Source of the DNA: Gekko japonicus | Lineage: Eukaryota | Length of the DNA stretch: 64,000 nt | Reading direction: 5' to 3' | Assembly: GCF_001447785.1 (NCBI RefSeq) | Contig: NW_015172042.1 | Span: forward strand, 375,279-439,278 | Shown here: in pieces, positions 50,160-63,382 of the stretch | Numbering within the stretch: position 1 is the stretch's first letter | How the letters are laid out: each line of letters opens with the position of its first letter | Program-made: the position numbers and the translations under genes | Notes under the pieces: model-generated | The model's database searches: none | Seen by the model: the letters and a program-made list of their open reading frames with translations, nothing else | What the model was told of the DNA's origin: nothing

Positions 50160-50975
50160 TTTCCCCTCCAAACTGGAATAAAGAGGCAGACACAAATGTT
50201 GGGTTAACTATAGGGTCACTTTACTAACTGACAACGTTAACTGGAACTAATGGCAAGGGCAATGCAGGTTGCGGTATGGTCAAGGCCAGGGGTCCATGAC
50301 CCCTCCCTTACCTCATGACATAGGGTGAGCCACCCTGCCCTGAGCAAGAGCCATTAGCAGTGGTTCACGCCCGGCCAGCTAGCAATTGCAAGACAACCCT
50401 GTAGCCCCATCCCCTGAGCCGCAAGGCTCAAAGGGAGGACCTAATCAGGGTGGTCCCAAAGGCAGTCTGCTTTCCCTGCCCCGGGCCGCAAGGCACAAGG
50501 ACTGTACTCACAGTACCCCTTCAACTCCAAAGAAGAGGTGTCAGCTGGTGCTCACCAGACTGCAATCTATATCCTCATAGAACCCTGCCTAACAATATGT
50601 GACCAACCTAGCTAACACAGCTCCACCCCTACAAACCCCTGCATCACTGCCACAGTACAGGGTAGGCAAAAACACCTCCCACCAATTGCCAATCAGGAAG
50701 GGGCAAAATATTCCTACCTGGCCCCCAAAACTGGGTGACCAGTCAAAGCTTGCACTATCAAGAGGGTGGGCGGGGGGGTGGGCCGAAACCCAAACAGGAC
50801 TGCTATTGGGGAGGGCAGGGGCCAAACTTTAAGCCTTTTGGCCCTGCCCCCTCCGGAGGCCCGTATGTGGTGCTTTTTGGCACCCAACCAACAGCCCGCC
50901 TCTCCCAACTGGGAGGCAAAGGCGTCTCCCCAGCCCCACAGCCACAAGGGCCGGGGGATGTTTTATCCGGATTAT
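50160..50975 (-). mobile_element. Possible DIRS/Ngaro-like non-autonomous fragment
   Basis: GC-rich block with a minus-strand end agtaaagtgacc...gtgtctgcctctttatt. No coding motifs. Confidence 0.35.
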
Positions 50976-52192
50976 CTTAGTAGAAGAACAAAGTGAGTAA
51001 GGTCTGCATGTTTACAGGGAGACCTACATTGCTGTTATGCAGGTGTGTGTCTGTGGCAAGACAAAATACTAGGCATAATCTGATTCCAGTAACCTATAAT
51101 TGAGGATTTAGTCCTCATATCCGAAACAACTTCTGTTGCTAAATCCTGAATCTACTGGGTTTTTCTAATGTGTGAATAACATGGGAGGTGCAAATAATAC
51201 TGATGCTCTTTTCTTGACTTCTTCATGTCTCTTATTGAAGTAAGCTATGCCATCAAAATTTGACTGTATAAGGTTTCGTTTTGTATTATTATGTGGAGAG
51301 TTTGCATGTTACAATGAAGAAGCTGAAGTGTGAACCAGGAATTCCCAGTTCAAGGCTCCTGTTGGCCATAATCTCCCTAGGTGGCCTTAGGCAAACAAAT
51401 ACGTCTCAGTCTCAACCCGCCCATCTAAAATATGAGAATAAGTATATAGATTGGCTGCGCAGGGTCATTATGAGAATTACTGAGTATGTGAAGTGCATGA
51501 AATATTCTAAAGCACTCTATAAGTACCAGGCATTATTATTGTACTGCATTGATGTAATTGCTGAGGTCTGAGATCTGAAGACCCAGTGACTTGATGGTAA
51601 GCATGATGGAAATAAATCAAATTAATTAACACCTATCTAGCTAAAAATAAAAACTTCACTTCTTCTTTCTCCTCTAATACATGCAGAGAGGAGGGACTGG
51701 CAAAGCTATGTGCCCATTGTGATTGCCATAGCACACCCACGCCAGCATCTCCACGGAGACCCAGCATATTTCTAGGTGAAGCATCACCAACCTGTTGCCT
51801 AGGAAACAGGAGATGCAAAATCTCAATGACATTCCATTTTGAAGCATTCAAGAAACCCCTGAAAGGGATTTTGAAAAGTGTCTGAGAAGGAAACGGAAAT
51901 TGGGTTTCTAATTACAGATTCTCAACCAGTTCTGTTTTATTCCCTGGTTATTCTGTCTGCTCACGTCACTGTCTTCCTGCCATTCTCTGTCTGCCAAGGC
52001 ACAAACACTAGACATCAGTGAAAACAAAACTTTCCTGGACTGATGAGAGGGAGCTAACAGTGGGAGGAGATTTTTCTCAGGCAGAATTAGAAAACTGCTT
52101 GTGTTAAGGTCAGTAGGCATATAATACATAAAGGTTTGTGGGTGTGTAAACCACACAGAATAGGTGGTGTTTAGGAGGGTACATTTGATCAT

Positions 52193-52422
52193 CCTGCCAA
52201 CCTAGCAGTTCGAAAGCAAGAAATTGCAAGTAGATAAATAGGTACCACTTCAGTGGGAAGGTAACAGCATTCCGTGTGCCTTGGTGTTTAGTCATGCCGC
52301 CCACATGACCACGGAAATGTCTTCGGACAGCGCTCGCTCTTCGGCTTTGAAACGGAGATGAGCACCGCAACCCTAGAGTCAGATTCGACTGGCTTTCGAG
52401 CAAGGGAACCTTTACCTTTACT
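52193..52422 (+). mobile_element. 5'-truncated Sauria SINE
   Basis: Core plus ACCTTT tail. 10-bp TSD atttgatcat. Confidence 0.9.
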
Positions 52423-52668
52423 ATTTGATCATACTTGCGTACATACCCTCTTCAATAGTATTTATGTACTTATTTTTCCACAAAAAGGCTATATCCACGA
52501 AAGGAACAACACATTTGATTTGATAGATTTGATTTATTAAATTTCTACCCTGCCTTCCCGGCCAGGGCCGGCTCAAGGCAGCTTACAAAACAGCATAAAA
52601 TTACAATAAAATACTGTAACAACATATTAATAATAAAACAATTCTGACTATTCAAATTAAAACATATA

Positions 52669-53940
52669 GCTTTTGATAAAGTTCCTCATCAAAGGCTCCT
52701 AAGTAAGCTCAAAAATCATGGGATAGAAGGACAAGTCCTTTTATGGATCAAAAACTGGCTAGTTCATAGAAAACAGAGAGTGAGTGTAGGTGGGCAATTT
52801 TCTCAGTGGAGGGTGGTAAGCAGTGGGGAACCGCAGGGATCAGTACTTGGTCCACTGCTTTTTAACTTGTTCATTAATGATTTGGAGATGGGAGTAAGCA
52901 GTGAAGTGGCTAAATTTGCGGATGATACAAAGTTGTTCAGGGTGGTGAAAACCAGTGAGGATTGTGAGGCACTCCAAGGGGATCTGTCAAGGATGGGCGA
53001 GTGGGTGTCAACATGGCAAATGGGGTTCAATGTGGCCAAGTGCAAGGTGATGCACATTGGAGCCAAAAATCCTAAATATAAATACACATTGATGGGGTCT
53101 GAACTGGCAGAGACTGAGCAAGAGAGAGATCTTGGAGTTGTAGTGGATAACTCACTGAAAATGTCGAGACAGTGTGTGACTGCAATAAAGAAGGCCAATG
53201 CTATGCTGGGGATTATTAGGAAGGGTATTGAAAACAGATCAGCCAATATCATAATGCCCCTATATAAATCAATGGTGAGACCTCATTTGGAATACTGTGT
53301 GCAGTTCTGGGCACCACACCTTAAAAAGGATATTATAGCTTTGGAAAAAGTGCAGAAAAGGGCAACTCGAATGATAAAAGGGTTGGAACACTTTCCCTAT
53401 GAGGAAAGGTTAAAGCGCTTAGGGCTCTTTAGCTTGGAGAAAAGACGACTGAGGGGTGACATGATCGAGGTTTATAAGATTATGCATGGGAAAGAGCAGG
53501 TAAAGAAAGAGGTACTTTTCTCCCTTTCTCACAATACAAGAACTCGTGGGCACTCCATGAAACTGCAGAGCGGTCGGGTTAGAACGGATAAAAGGAAGTA
53601 CTTCTTCACCCAAAGAGTGATTAACACATGGAATTCACTGCCACAGGAAGTGGTGGGTGCTACAAGCATGGACGGTTTCAAAAGGGAATTAGATAAGCAT
53701 ATGGAGCAGAGGTCCATCAGTGGCTATTAGCCACAAGGTATAGCTAGGGGCTCTGGGGCAAGTGATGCTCTGTCTTCTTGGTGCTTGGGGGGGGGTCAAC
53801 AGTGGGAGGGCTTCTAATGTCCTGGCCCCACTGGTGGACCTCCTGATGGCACTGGTATTTCTGGCCACTGTGTGACACAGAGTGTTGGACTGGATGGGCC
53901 TTTGGCCTGATCCAACATTGGTGTCTCTTATGTTCTTATT
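52669..53940 (+). mobile_element. Young CR1 LINE, 5'-truncated, RT frame open 52669-53730
   Basis: AFDKVPH, PQGSVLGPLLF, KFADD and VRPHLEYCVQFW motifs. Tail cttatgttcttat. Confidence 0.96.
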
Positions 53941-54209
53941 AAAATGCTAGTATCAATATCAAATATTTCACATCGGTTGTTATTACTTGGGCTCTTTATT
54001 TGAAGTCGGCTCGTGCTTTTTTAGATCAACTTAGGTTGCTATCTCAGGCTATAGGTTGAATCCCAGGAAAACCAGGCTCTCCCACTTTGAACCATCAGTT
54101 GTTAATAGTTAGTGGTTAGTGGTGGCAGCTCCAAAAGCCTGGTGGAAGAGCTCCATTTTACAGGACCTGCGGATCTGCAAAAAGTCTTGCAGGGCCCTGG
54201 TCTCTTTGA

Positions 54210-56210
54210 CTGAAGCCCCAGGAAATCTGATGGACCCTTCCTCATTCCCAATTCTGTAAAAGGAAATAGATTTTTTAATCAGGGGACTTAATCCCTGTTG
54301 ATTCTCCTGGACCTCTTAGGTTCTTTCAATACCATTATTCATGCTATCCTTCTTGACAGTGAACAGATTGCTCGTATCTGTGTGCCCAACCACATGCGTC
54401 CTTGATCCGTGCCCCTCCTGGCTCATTAAAGCGGGCCATGAGGGGTTTTGAGGTGCTCTGCGGGAGATTATCAACAAGTCCCTTTTGGAAGGACGGTTCC
54501 CCGGAGCACTCAAGGAGGCGATGGTCTGCCCTCTCTTGAAAAAGCCATCTTTGGACCCGACTGAATTGGCCAACTATCGGCTGGTGTCCAATTTGCCCTA
54601 TCTGGGCAAACTTATAGAGAGGGTGGTGGCGTCACAGCTACAGGGCTTTCTGTAGGATGCTTCAGTCCTAGATCCCTTCCAGTCCGGTTTTCGCCCGGGT
54701 CATGGGACGGAGACGGCTTTGGTCGCCCTGACTGACAACCTCCGTAGGCATCTGGATCGAGGCGGTGTAGCAGCATTGCTGTTGTTAGATCTGTCGGCCG
54801 CTTTTGATACAGTCGACCATCAACTGCTGGCCCACCGCCTTGCCGACATGGGGATTCAGGGGCTCGCCCTTCAATGGTTTGCCTCGTTCCTGCAAGGTCG
54901 GGGACAAAGGGTAGCGATAGGGGAACAGCAGTCTCGGAGGCATCCTCTTGAGTGTGGGGTGCCTCAGGGGGCGGTGCTGTCCCCAATGTTATTTAACATT
55001 GATATGTGCCCCCTTGCCCAGATTGCCCGGAGGTTTGGGCTTGGGTGTCATCAATATGCGGATGACACCCAGCTCTATCTGATGTAGGGCGGCCAGTCGA
55101 ACTCCGACCCACATGACCTTTATCAGGCACTTCAAGCTGTGACTGGTTGGCTCAGACTGAGTTGTCTGAAGTTAAACCCGGCGAAGACGGAGGTCCTGGG
55201 CCTAAGTCGGGTCGGTTCGGGGTTGGGGTTTCCTCTCCCGGCCTTCGATGGGGCACCGCTCATGCCGGTGTCGAGGGTTAGGAGTTTGGGAGTGCTCCTG
55301 GACTCCACCTCATCGATGGAGGCCCAGGTGGCAGCCACTGCCAAGTCAGCCTTTTACCATCTTTGGCTGGCATGGCAGTTGGTTCCTTTCCTTGACTGCG
55401 ATGACTTGGCCACTGTGATCCATGCGAGGGTCACCTCAAGGTTGGACTACTGCGACGCTCTCTACATGGGGCTGCCTTTGTCACAAATCCAGAAGCTGCA
55501 GCTGGTGCAGAATGCGGCGGCCAGGCTGTTGATGGGTCTCACTAGATGGAACCATGTCCAGGCTGCGATGAAGGCACTGCACTGGCTGCCTATAGCATAC
55601 AGGATTCGCTTCAAAGTGCTGATTCTTACCTATAAAGCCCTTGATGGCCAGGGTCCAGCGTACCTAAGTGACCGCCTTTCTCCATATGTTCCCCCAAGAG
55701 CGCTACGGTCGGGGGCGCAGCACCTGTTGGTGGTTCCCGGCCCCAAGGACATCAAGCTGGCTGCAACCAGGGCCAGGGCTTTCTCGGCAGCGGCTCCCGT
55801 CTGGTGGCATGAGCTCCCAGAGCAGGTTCAGGCCCTGCGGGACCTGGTGCAGTTCCGCAGGGACTGCAAGACGGAGCTCTTCCGCCAGGCCTTTGCATAG
55901 GAGCCGCCACTGTCACTGTACCACCACCGATTTGCCATCTTCAACGGTGGATTAGATCTGGAGGTGAGCTGGCCCTGGGCAGACGCCTAGTTAACCGAAG
56001 AATGTATGTTGTCAGGTTAGGTTGATGAATGGAACTCATCTTGGATTAGAAAACTTTAACATCAAGAGCACCACACTTTATTTAATGATTGTTTTATACT
56101 GTTGCTTTTATGTTGTTTTAACTGTTGTTATGGCAATTGCCTCTGTTGTAGCCGCCCTGAGCCCGTTGGGGAGGGCGGGGTACAAATCTAATAAATAAAT
56201 AAATAAATAA
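54210..56210 (+). mobile_element. L2 LINE, 5'-truncated, few stops, CpG-rich
   Basis: LDLSAAFDTVDH, GVPQGAVLSP, QYADD and LVQNAAARL motifs. (TAAA)n tail at 56190-56211. Confidence 0.95.
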
Positions 56211-56600
56211 ATCCTTCTGGAGTGGCTGGCTGGGTTGGAAGTAGGGGGCACCATGCTTCAGTGGTTCTGCCCTTACCACCCAATTCCAGAAGGTGGCAGT
56301 GGGGAGCTGATGCTCAGCCCAATGGCACTTATGCTATGGGGTCCTACAGGGACCCATATTGTCCCCCATGTTGTTTAACATCTACATGAAACTACTGGGA
56401 GTGATCTACTAAGAGTGATCATCAAGAGATTTGAAGTAAGGTGCCACCAAAATGCAGATGACACCCAGCTTTACTTCTGCTTAATAACTGAGTCAGATGG
56501 GTCTGTGGAAGTCCTGAACAGATGCCTGGAGATGGTCATGTGATAGATAAAGGCCAATAAATTGAAGCTCCATCCACTGAAGTGGTTATTTATTATTTGA

Positions 56601-57814
56601 CTAGCCAGATGCCCGTGCTTTGCTACGGTATTTAAGTTCCATAAATCCAATTATAATACTGATTATGTGAAGTTTGAAATGTAACATTTGTTGTAGAAAT
56701 TCTAATGGAGCAGGTTGTAGTGCAAGCAGGCAGGTTTTACTGCAGAACTCTGAGCTACACAGTTGACCAGTCCAGGGGGGGGGGCAAGGAGGCGGCGGCA
56801 GCAGCCTGCCGGGCACATGGAAAATAATTGGGGGAACATATTGCCCCTTTTTTTACCCCTTAGGGGTTGCGTTTTTCAGAAATCTCTTCATAGTGGGGAC
56901 TGATGTCATGGTCGGAATGCACTCCCCCTATTTTGGATTTCTTGGTGCAGGGATTTGGCCTGGGCATTGAATTTTGTGGTGGGGGGTGCGGGGCATACCC
57001 CCTTTTTTCACAAAAATGCTTCTCATTTATGTTACATTTAAGAAGTGGGACAAAACTACATATTCAAAACAACATCCAAGCAATCAGATATTAAGCAAGT
57101 TCATATGAACCAATTTTCTAGAACCCAGGAAACAACTTTTCTACAAATTTGAGGTATATTTCCATAGTGGGTGGGAGTGTGGCTAAAGCCATTGGGAAGA
57201 CTTGGCCAGCAGCATCGCCAAGATGATCCTGCTGAGGCCGCCTCCTTGATGGATTAAAGTACACTGGCCCTGCTCCTACACCTGACAAACACCCGTCTGT
57301 CTAGTGTAAGGGGGGCATCTTGTTTAAAGGCATTGGGGAGGCTGGGCAAGCAGCAGCGCTAAGGTACCCTGATAGCTTTAAGCAGCCTGTTCTGCCCCTG
57401 CTCCTGCACCTGACAGGTGTTGGAGGTGGGGGGAGCATGTTTGAATCCATCAGGGAGGCTGGGCCAGCAGCATTGCTGCACCTCACAGGTAGTTGGCCAT
57501 TCCTGACTTCTTCAACTGTCATTAGCTCTCTGCAGTCTCCCGTAACTGTTTGTTTTTTTACCTCAGAATGCTGAGCTCTGCAGCTGACTAATCAGAGAGT
57601 GGGGGTGCAAGGAAGCAGCAGCCAGGCAGCCACATAGGAATCAATGGGGGGAGCACATTTTACCCCTTTTGACCCCCTTAGGGGTCAAAACAATCCCTTC
57701 TTAGTGAGTATATGCACCATGGTAGGAGCACTCCCCCCAAACCTGGTGTTTCTAGGTCCAGGGGTTTGGCCTGGGCATTGATTTTTATGGTGAGGGGGCT
57801 TTCTTTTATATAAA
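56601..57814 (-). mobile_element. Non-autonomous Helitron-like element
   Basis: Minus-strand 3' end is an imperfect hairpin ccgtagcaaagcacgg followed by CTAG|T. The other end resembles TCTATATA. Inserted between A and T without TSD into an L2 tail. Confidence 0.7.
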
Positions 57815-58390
57815 TTAGGCTTTTAGCCCTCCCTCCCCTGCAAGCAGGCTCAGGATGGCTTACAACAGCATGAGTACAACATAAGCATAGTACAATTTAA
57901 AACCAATATCACGATTTACACGACTGGTAATCCACTACTGATGGCACCAATAATACATCTACTCCAGGGCTCCCTATGTGTGTACCAGTAGATGGAAGTA
58001 ATCTGGGGGGGGGGGGCAGGCAGATGAGATTAGTGCCAGATGGAACAATGCAGATGGAATAATGCAAGCAAAAAGCAAACCAGAGCAGGGGAGACCAATA
58101 CAATCTAGGTGCTCACCACCTCAGCCTTAGGCATGATGGAACATCTCTGTTTTACATGCCCTGTGAAACTGCATTAGGTCCCATAGGGCCCGGATCTCTC
58201 TTGAGAGACAGTTCCACCAGGCGGGGACAAAGCTGAGGAAGCTCTGGCCCTGGTTGAATTTGGTTGTACTTCCTTCAGGCTGGGGATCTCCAGTAGGTGT
58301 TGGTCTATAGAGCATAATGCCTTTGGGGGGATATACTGGGGGAGATAGTTCTGAAGGTATGCCGGTCCCAGACCATTGTGGGCTTTAAAT
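57815..58390 (-). mobile_element. L2 LINE 3' end
   Basis: WWNCL...CKTEMFHHA and HNGLGPAYLQ. Confidence 0.8.
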
Positions 58391-58625
58391 TCTGTTAGCC
58401 AATGACATAGCTGCTTCAAGAGTGAGGTGTCAGCCTGTCCTAGAAAAGATTATGCTCTCCCTGAAAAAAACAGGTTCAGAATTTGCTGCTGGATTATTCA
58501 GGCCTATGGTTGGCGACTCAGGTCTCCTCCATGGCATAACTTTGCTTGGCATAGGGACAACAATCGGATAACGCTGGAAGTGTGATCAGGAGGAGTGGGA
58601 TTTAGTAGGTATTGTTAGTTTATTG

Positions 58626-58785
58626 CAGGGCTTTTTCTGGGGGAACGTGCTGGAATGGAGTTCTGGAATCTCTTCAACAAAATCCTTTTTTAAACGTTTA
58701 AAAGTTCATGAGTTTTTAGTATACAGATTGAAAACTTCATTTCCCTTTTGAGAGTTCCAGCACCTCTTTAAAAAAAAAAAGGCTG
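58626..58785. mobile_element. Degraded hAT-type MITE (CAGGGC family)
   Basis: cagggcttttt...aaaaaggctg termini. Confidence 0.65.
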
Positions 58786-59825
58786 GTTTTCTCAGATCTT
58801 AACCCCTTGACTCCTGCTGTGTTACACTGCCCTGTTGGAGGACGGAATTCCAGCAAATTTTCAGTGCTGTAATATGTTTCTGATTCCTGTGATCAGTTTT
58901 GTATGTGTATGATCAGGGCTGGTTCCTGATTTTGGGGGCCCTCGGCACCAAGTGATGCTGGGCACTATGTACAACTGGGAGCATGGATACCAGTGTGCTC
59001 GCAAGCAAGCAGGTGGGGGAAAGGTAGGTAGGAAGCAGGGGAGGCACATGGTCAGTGGCAGTGGGCCCTTCCAGAAACTCTAGCAGCTGCTCCATCATGG
59101 TATGCTGATGCCAGCCCTGTGTATGATACATGGTGATAGCTGGGAGGTGTACCAGCATTACTGTAGGAATTAGATTCTTCTGTATATGGCCACCATTTGT
59201 TTATTTATTTAGAATATTAATGTGCCACCTCTTCAAAGGCAGCTTACAATTAAAAACCACAAAATTAAAACACAAGCCATGGCATCAGTCGAATGCTACT
59301 CTGTGGTTGATGGATGCCATTAGGTTTTCCATATACTCTAATGATATTGCTCTGTTCTCTTTCCTTGTGTTTGCAAAGTGCCATCAAGTCACAGCTGACA
59401 TGGTGACCCCAGTAAAGGGCTTTCAAGGCAACTGAGAAGCAGGGGTAGTTAGCCTTTGCCTTCCACTGCAGAGTCTTCCTTGGTCGTCTCTCTTTTTCCT
59501 TAAAGTTCTATACCCCCTCCCCATTTTCTCTGAAGAGAGGGCATCAGTATAGAGTAACAGGAACATACTAAAGACATCCTGCAATTATATTGACAGCCCT
59601 TCTGTCAGGGACAATGAGAGTCTCCCCCCCTCGGGTTGATTGGGAAACTGATATAACAGTCTGTATTGTAATGTTTTAATGCAAATCTATAGCATAGCTA
59701 CATCATTGAATTATTACTGGATTATTGTGTACAAGTCTGATTGTTTCATATCAAAATGTATCATGGAGCTTGAAAATGGTACTCAAAGTGATCAACATGT
59801 TGGATCTTTCATATGAGATTTTTTT

Positions 59826-60025
59826 CAGAGGGTAGCCACATGCATCTGCAGAAGAAGAGTTGAATTTGAGTCCAGTAGAACATTAGAGACCAACAAAAAT
59901 TTTAGAATCTGAGCTTTCAAGAGTCAAAACTCCCTATAGCAGAACAAAGGGAGCTTTGACTCTCAAAAGCTTATCTCCTGAAAATCTTGTTGGTCTCTAA
60001 GGTGCTGGTGGACTCGAATCGAGCT
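59826..60025. mobile_element. Penelope-like inverted terminal-repeat fragment
   Basis: Arms 59864-59935 and 59948-60019 are imperfect reverse complements and share gagtccagt...agaccaac with 60880-60960. Confidence 0.65.
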
Positions 60026-60877
60026 ATGGGATTTTTTTGTAATTTAGAAAAAAGGCAAATAAGTGAAGATGTGATAAAGGTTTATAAAACTACATGTGGT
60101 ATGGAGGAAATGGATAGAATTATTTTTCACCTCTCCTATAATATTTGAACTCGCTATCACTATATTAAATTGCTGAATAATTATTTACAGGACAGACGAA
60201 AGGAAGTATTTCTTCACATAATGGATGATTCATTTGTGGAAGTGACTACCATAGGATGTGGTGATGGCCACTAGCATTGCTGACTTTAAAAAAAAGGTAC
60301 TAGACAAATTCATAGAGGATTCTACTGGCTAAAAGGAACATCATACTTCAGAGGTACTCTGAAAACAGATTCCAGTTGCTGAGAAAAATCAGTGAGAGAG
60401 TTTTTATGCTAGGGATACTGTGAATTTTGCCATGAACAGAGGTGTTGATCAGATGAAAGTCAGTCACCCAGTATATATGATTTGTACCAGATGTCTGCAA
60501 TCACCTTCTGAACTGCTTTGCAGGAGGTTTTCACAAAACTGTGCATGTGCAAAAATGCTGCTGATTGAAACTGATCAGCAACCACTAGCATCCTGAAGGA
60601 CTACTTAGATGAGCCCTGAAGGGTAGAGTTTTACTGGAACACAGCATTGAGTTATGACTGATCTATAGGATTTGTGAGTGATCTTGTTATCTATTTGAAC
60701 AGTTGCCTGCTGAGCAGAGCAGTTATGCAGCAAAGATGAGGAGGTAGCAGGCCTCAACTGGGTATGTGAGAACCCGCATGCGCGAAAAGCCGATTGCACT
60801 CTACTGCACCATTAGGAAGGAATACAGTAGAACAACCTATCAGAGACCTACGAACAGACTGACAAAAAAACCCACAA

Positions 60878-60962
60878 GGTTTGAGTCCAGTGGCACCATT
60901 AAGACCAACGAAGTTTAATTCTGGGTAAAAAATATCGTGGGCACGCGCACTTCTTCAGAGAC
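60878..60962 (-). mobile_element. Penelope-like fragment with degenerate hammerhead core
   Basis: Minus strand reads CTGAAGA-agtgcgcgtgcccac-GATA. Confidence 0.6.
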
Positions 60963-62586
60963 ATTGAAACAAAGCTTCCTCAACCATCCTGCTGAGCAGA
61001 GCAGTTATGCAGCAAGAATGGAGAGAGGGTAGAAGGTCTATATTGGACTGTGTGAGAATGCACAAAAAATGAAGTCCCTTCCAGCGTAACTGAGTGATAA
61101 GTATAGCCAAGACTGGATTAAAGCAATTGGCAAGGCCCGTGAATTGGTAAGGCCAATCAGCATACAGAAAATAAAAGAGTTAACAAACAGATGTGAGAAC
61201 TAAGGCTGATTCGGCAGGGCCCGGTACTGGTGCTTTTACGCGACTGGCTTTCAAGCAAGGGAAACCTTTAGCTTTAACTTTAATGGCAAAATAGACTGCT
61301 CAGTGGGACCACGTTGGGAGCATGACATTATCTCCTTCCCTCACACTGTGGTCCTGATTAGGCATGCTTGCTCAATCGCCTGCTACTTTTGGCTGATAGC
61401 CTGCTTCCAAGTTGCAAGAGGGGAGCTGATCATTCAGCAAGCCCTTCAGCTGTGATGCTGTAGCTATCCCCCCCCCCCATCGGCCCTACCGCCTGGTGGA
61501 GGTGGCGGATGCCTAATAACATCAACCTCCCCTGCTCCACCTAGTTTATCTACCTGTTGGTTACGGTTGGCCTTCTTGCTCAGACTGGCTTAAATTGAGC
61601 CCTCATACAGACAGTCATCTCAGGGATCCAGGAATTGTATTTGATCACCATCTTATTATTGTAGCTTAGTAACAGTACTATGTTTTTAATTTTATTTAAA
61701 GATTGTATAATAGTTGTTTATAATTATTGATGCAAATCTGCCCTGAGCCCTGTTGTGCGGGAAAGGGTAGACTACAAATCCAATAAACAATAAAATTAAA
61801 AAGCACAGTTAACAATTTAAAATTTTTGTTTGGGTTGAGATTTATTCTTCAGGGGTTCTTGGGTGGTTCTCAGATGACTCATGAAAGCATGTTGGAAAGC
61901 ATCATTCTTACTGTCAGCCTCTTTCCAAACTGTTTGCCGTAGGCACGTTTTAAAAAATTAAAATGGGTGCTAGTACAATACATTGGATTCCTGCTAGGCG
62001 ATATTCCTGGTATCATGTTTTAATATTGTTAATAACTTCAAGCTAAAACCAGACTATAGAGGTGTACTTTGCTGATGTTAGTAAAGCGCTGCTAGGCCAT
62101 TGATTACAGTGCCTTCCCCCTCCCCTCCCTTGCTGTGGCCCTGTAGAACGAGTCAGTGCTACACGGCTACAAAGCTGCTTGACAAAGACAACCACCATCT
62201 GATCAGGAGCAAGGGAGACAAGCAACATAAGTTTTCATGATTGTTTTTAACTGTTTTATTGTTATAATGCCTATGGCCTCATTAGCCACCCTGAGCCTGC
62301 CCTGGCAGGGAGGGCAGGGTATAAATCTAATAAACAAACAAATAAATCAAACTCATAGCCTTGCTATTGCTGTACAGACAATGCTAGTAGAGTGTACCAC
62401 CAGGAGAAGGCTGTCTGAGGAGCATAATTGCTGCACTGGATTCTTATTTAAAACTATTTTATATAAATAAATGTCACTATTTTTAGTCATATACCATTGC
62501 AGAAAGGAACGCAGAACTCATAGTCTAATAATGATTTGAGTTGACTATGTGTAGGGCACAATCTAGCAGAGACAGTTATGAGAAGC

Positions 62587-62757
62587 TAGGGTTGCCAACA
62601 AAAAAAGTCCTTTCCCCCTTAATAGAAGCTTAAGTGGATGTTACTTTCCAGGTGATATTATTTACCTCCCTGCTATAAAAAGCTTTACCTACCCATTTCT
62701 ACACATTAAACCTCTATTAAAGGAGCAAGAGATTTTCTCCAGGTTGACAGAACCCTA
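62587..62757. mobile_element. Short AT-rich hAT-type MITE
   Basis: tagggttgcca...aacccta. TSD tgagaagc/tgagtaga. Confidence 0.75.
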
Positions 62758-63382
62758 TGAGTAGAGCAGAGGGTTTTATATTATTGGCTCTAGAAAGATT
62801 GGCCACATGTAGCCTTATGGCTTTTCTGCTAGACTCTGAATATTAATTTATGTGCTTGAAACATGTTTGCATATTTAATAGATAGGGTCTAGGGAAGTAT
62901 ATAAGTCTTCTCCATGATACACATATTGTATCCTCAGCTTTTCCAGTATGACATGTGATACTAGACTGGGGGTGGGAAGGGGAGAAAACTTTTGTCAACA
63001 TCTCCCATCTACTGTAGTGGAAGAGGTAGGCATGCTTTGAAGATCTTCTATTGACTAATTCTACTAAACTGTCAGATGGAAAGCATGGGTGGCCAATAAG
63101 GCGGTGGTACATATAAAAGTTAACTAGTGCAAAACTTTTGTGGAAATGTTGTAAAGCAACATTGGGGTAACTGTATTAATGTTAATTTATCTAAGCTGAA
63201 TTTAGTCTGAATTAATCATTGTCTATTTAATTGAGGGTAGAAGTTGGTCTATTCAAGAACTGAAATTCATAAAATTAGGAAGTGAGCTAACCTTTTGAAA
63301 GAAAATGCCACTGTGTCTGTCCTTCTCTATACTGTGGATGAACCACTGTTGCCGTCAAAGAATCCAAAGTCTTCTAGGTAGG

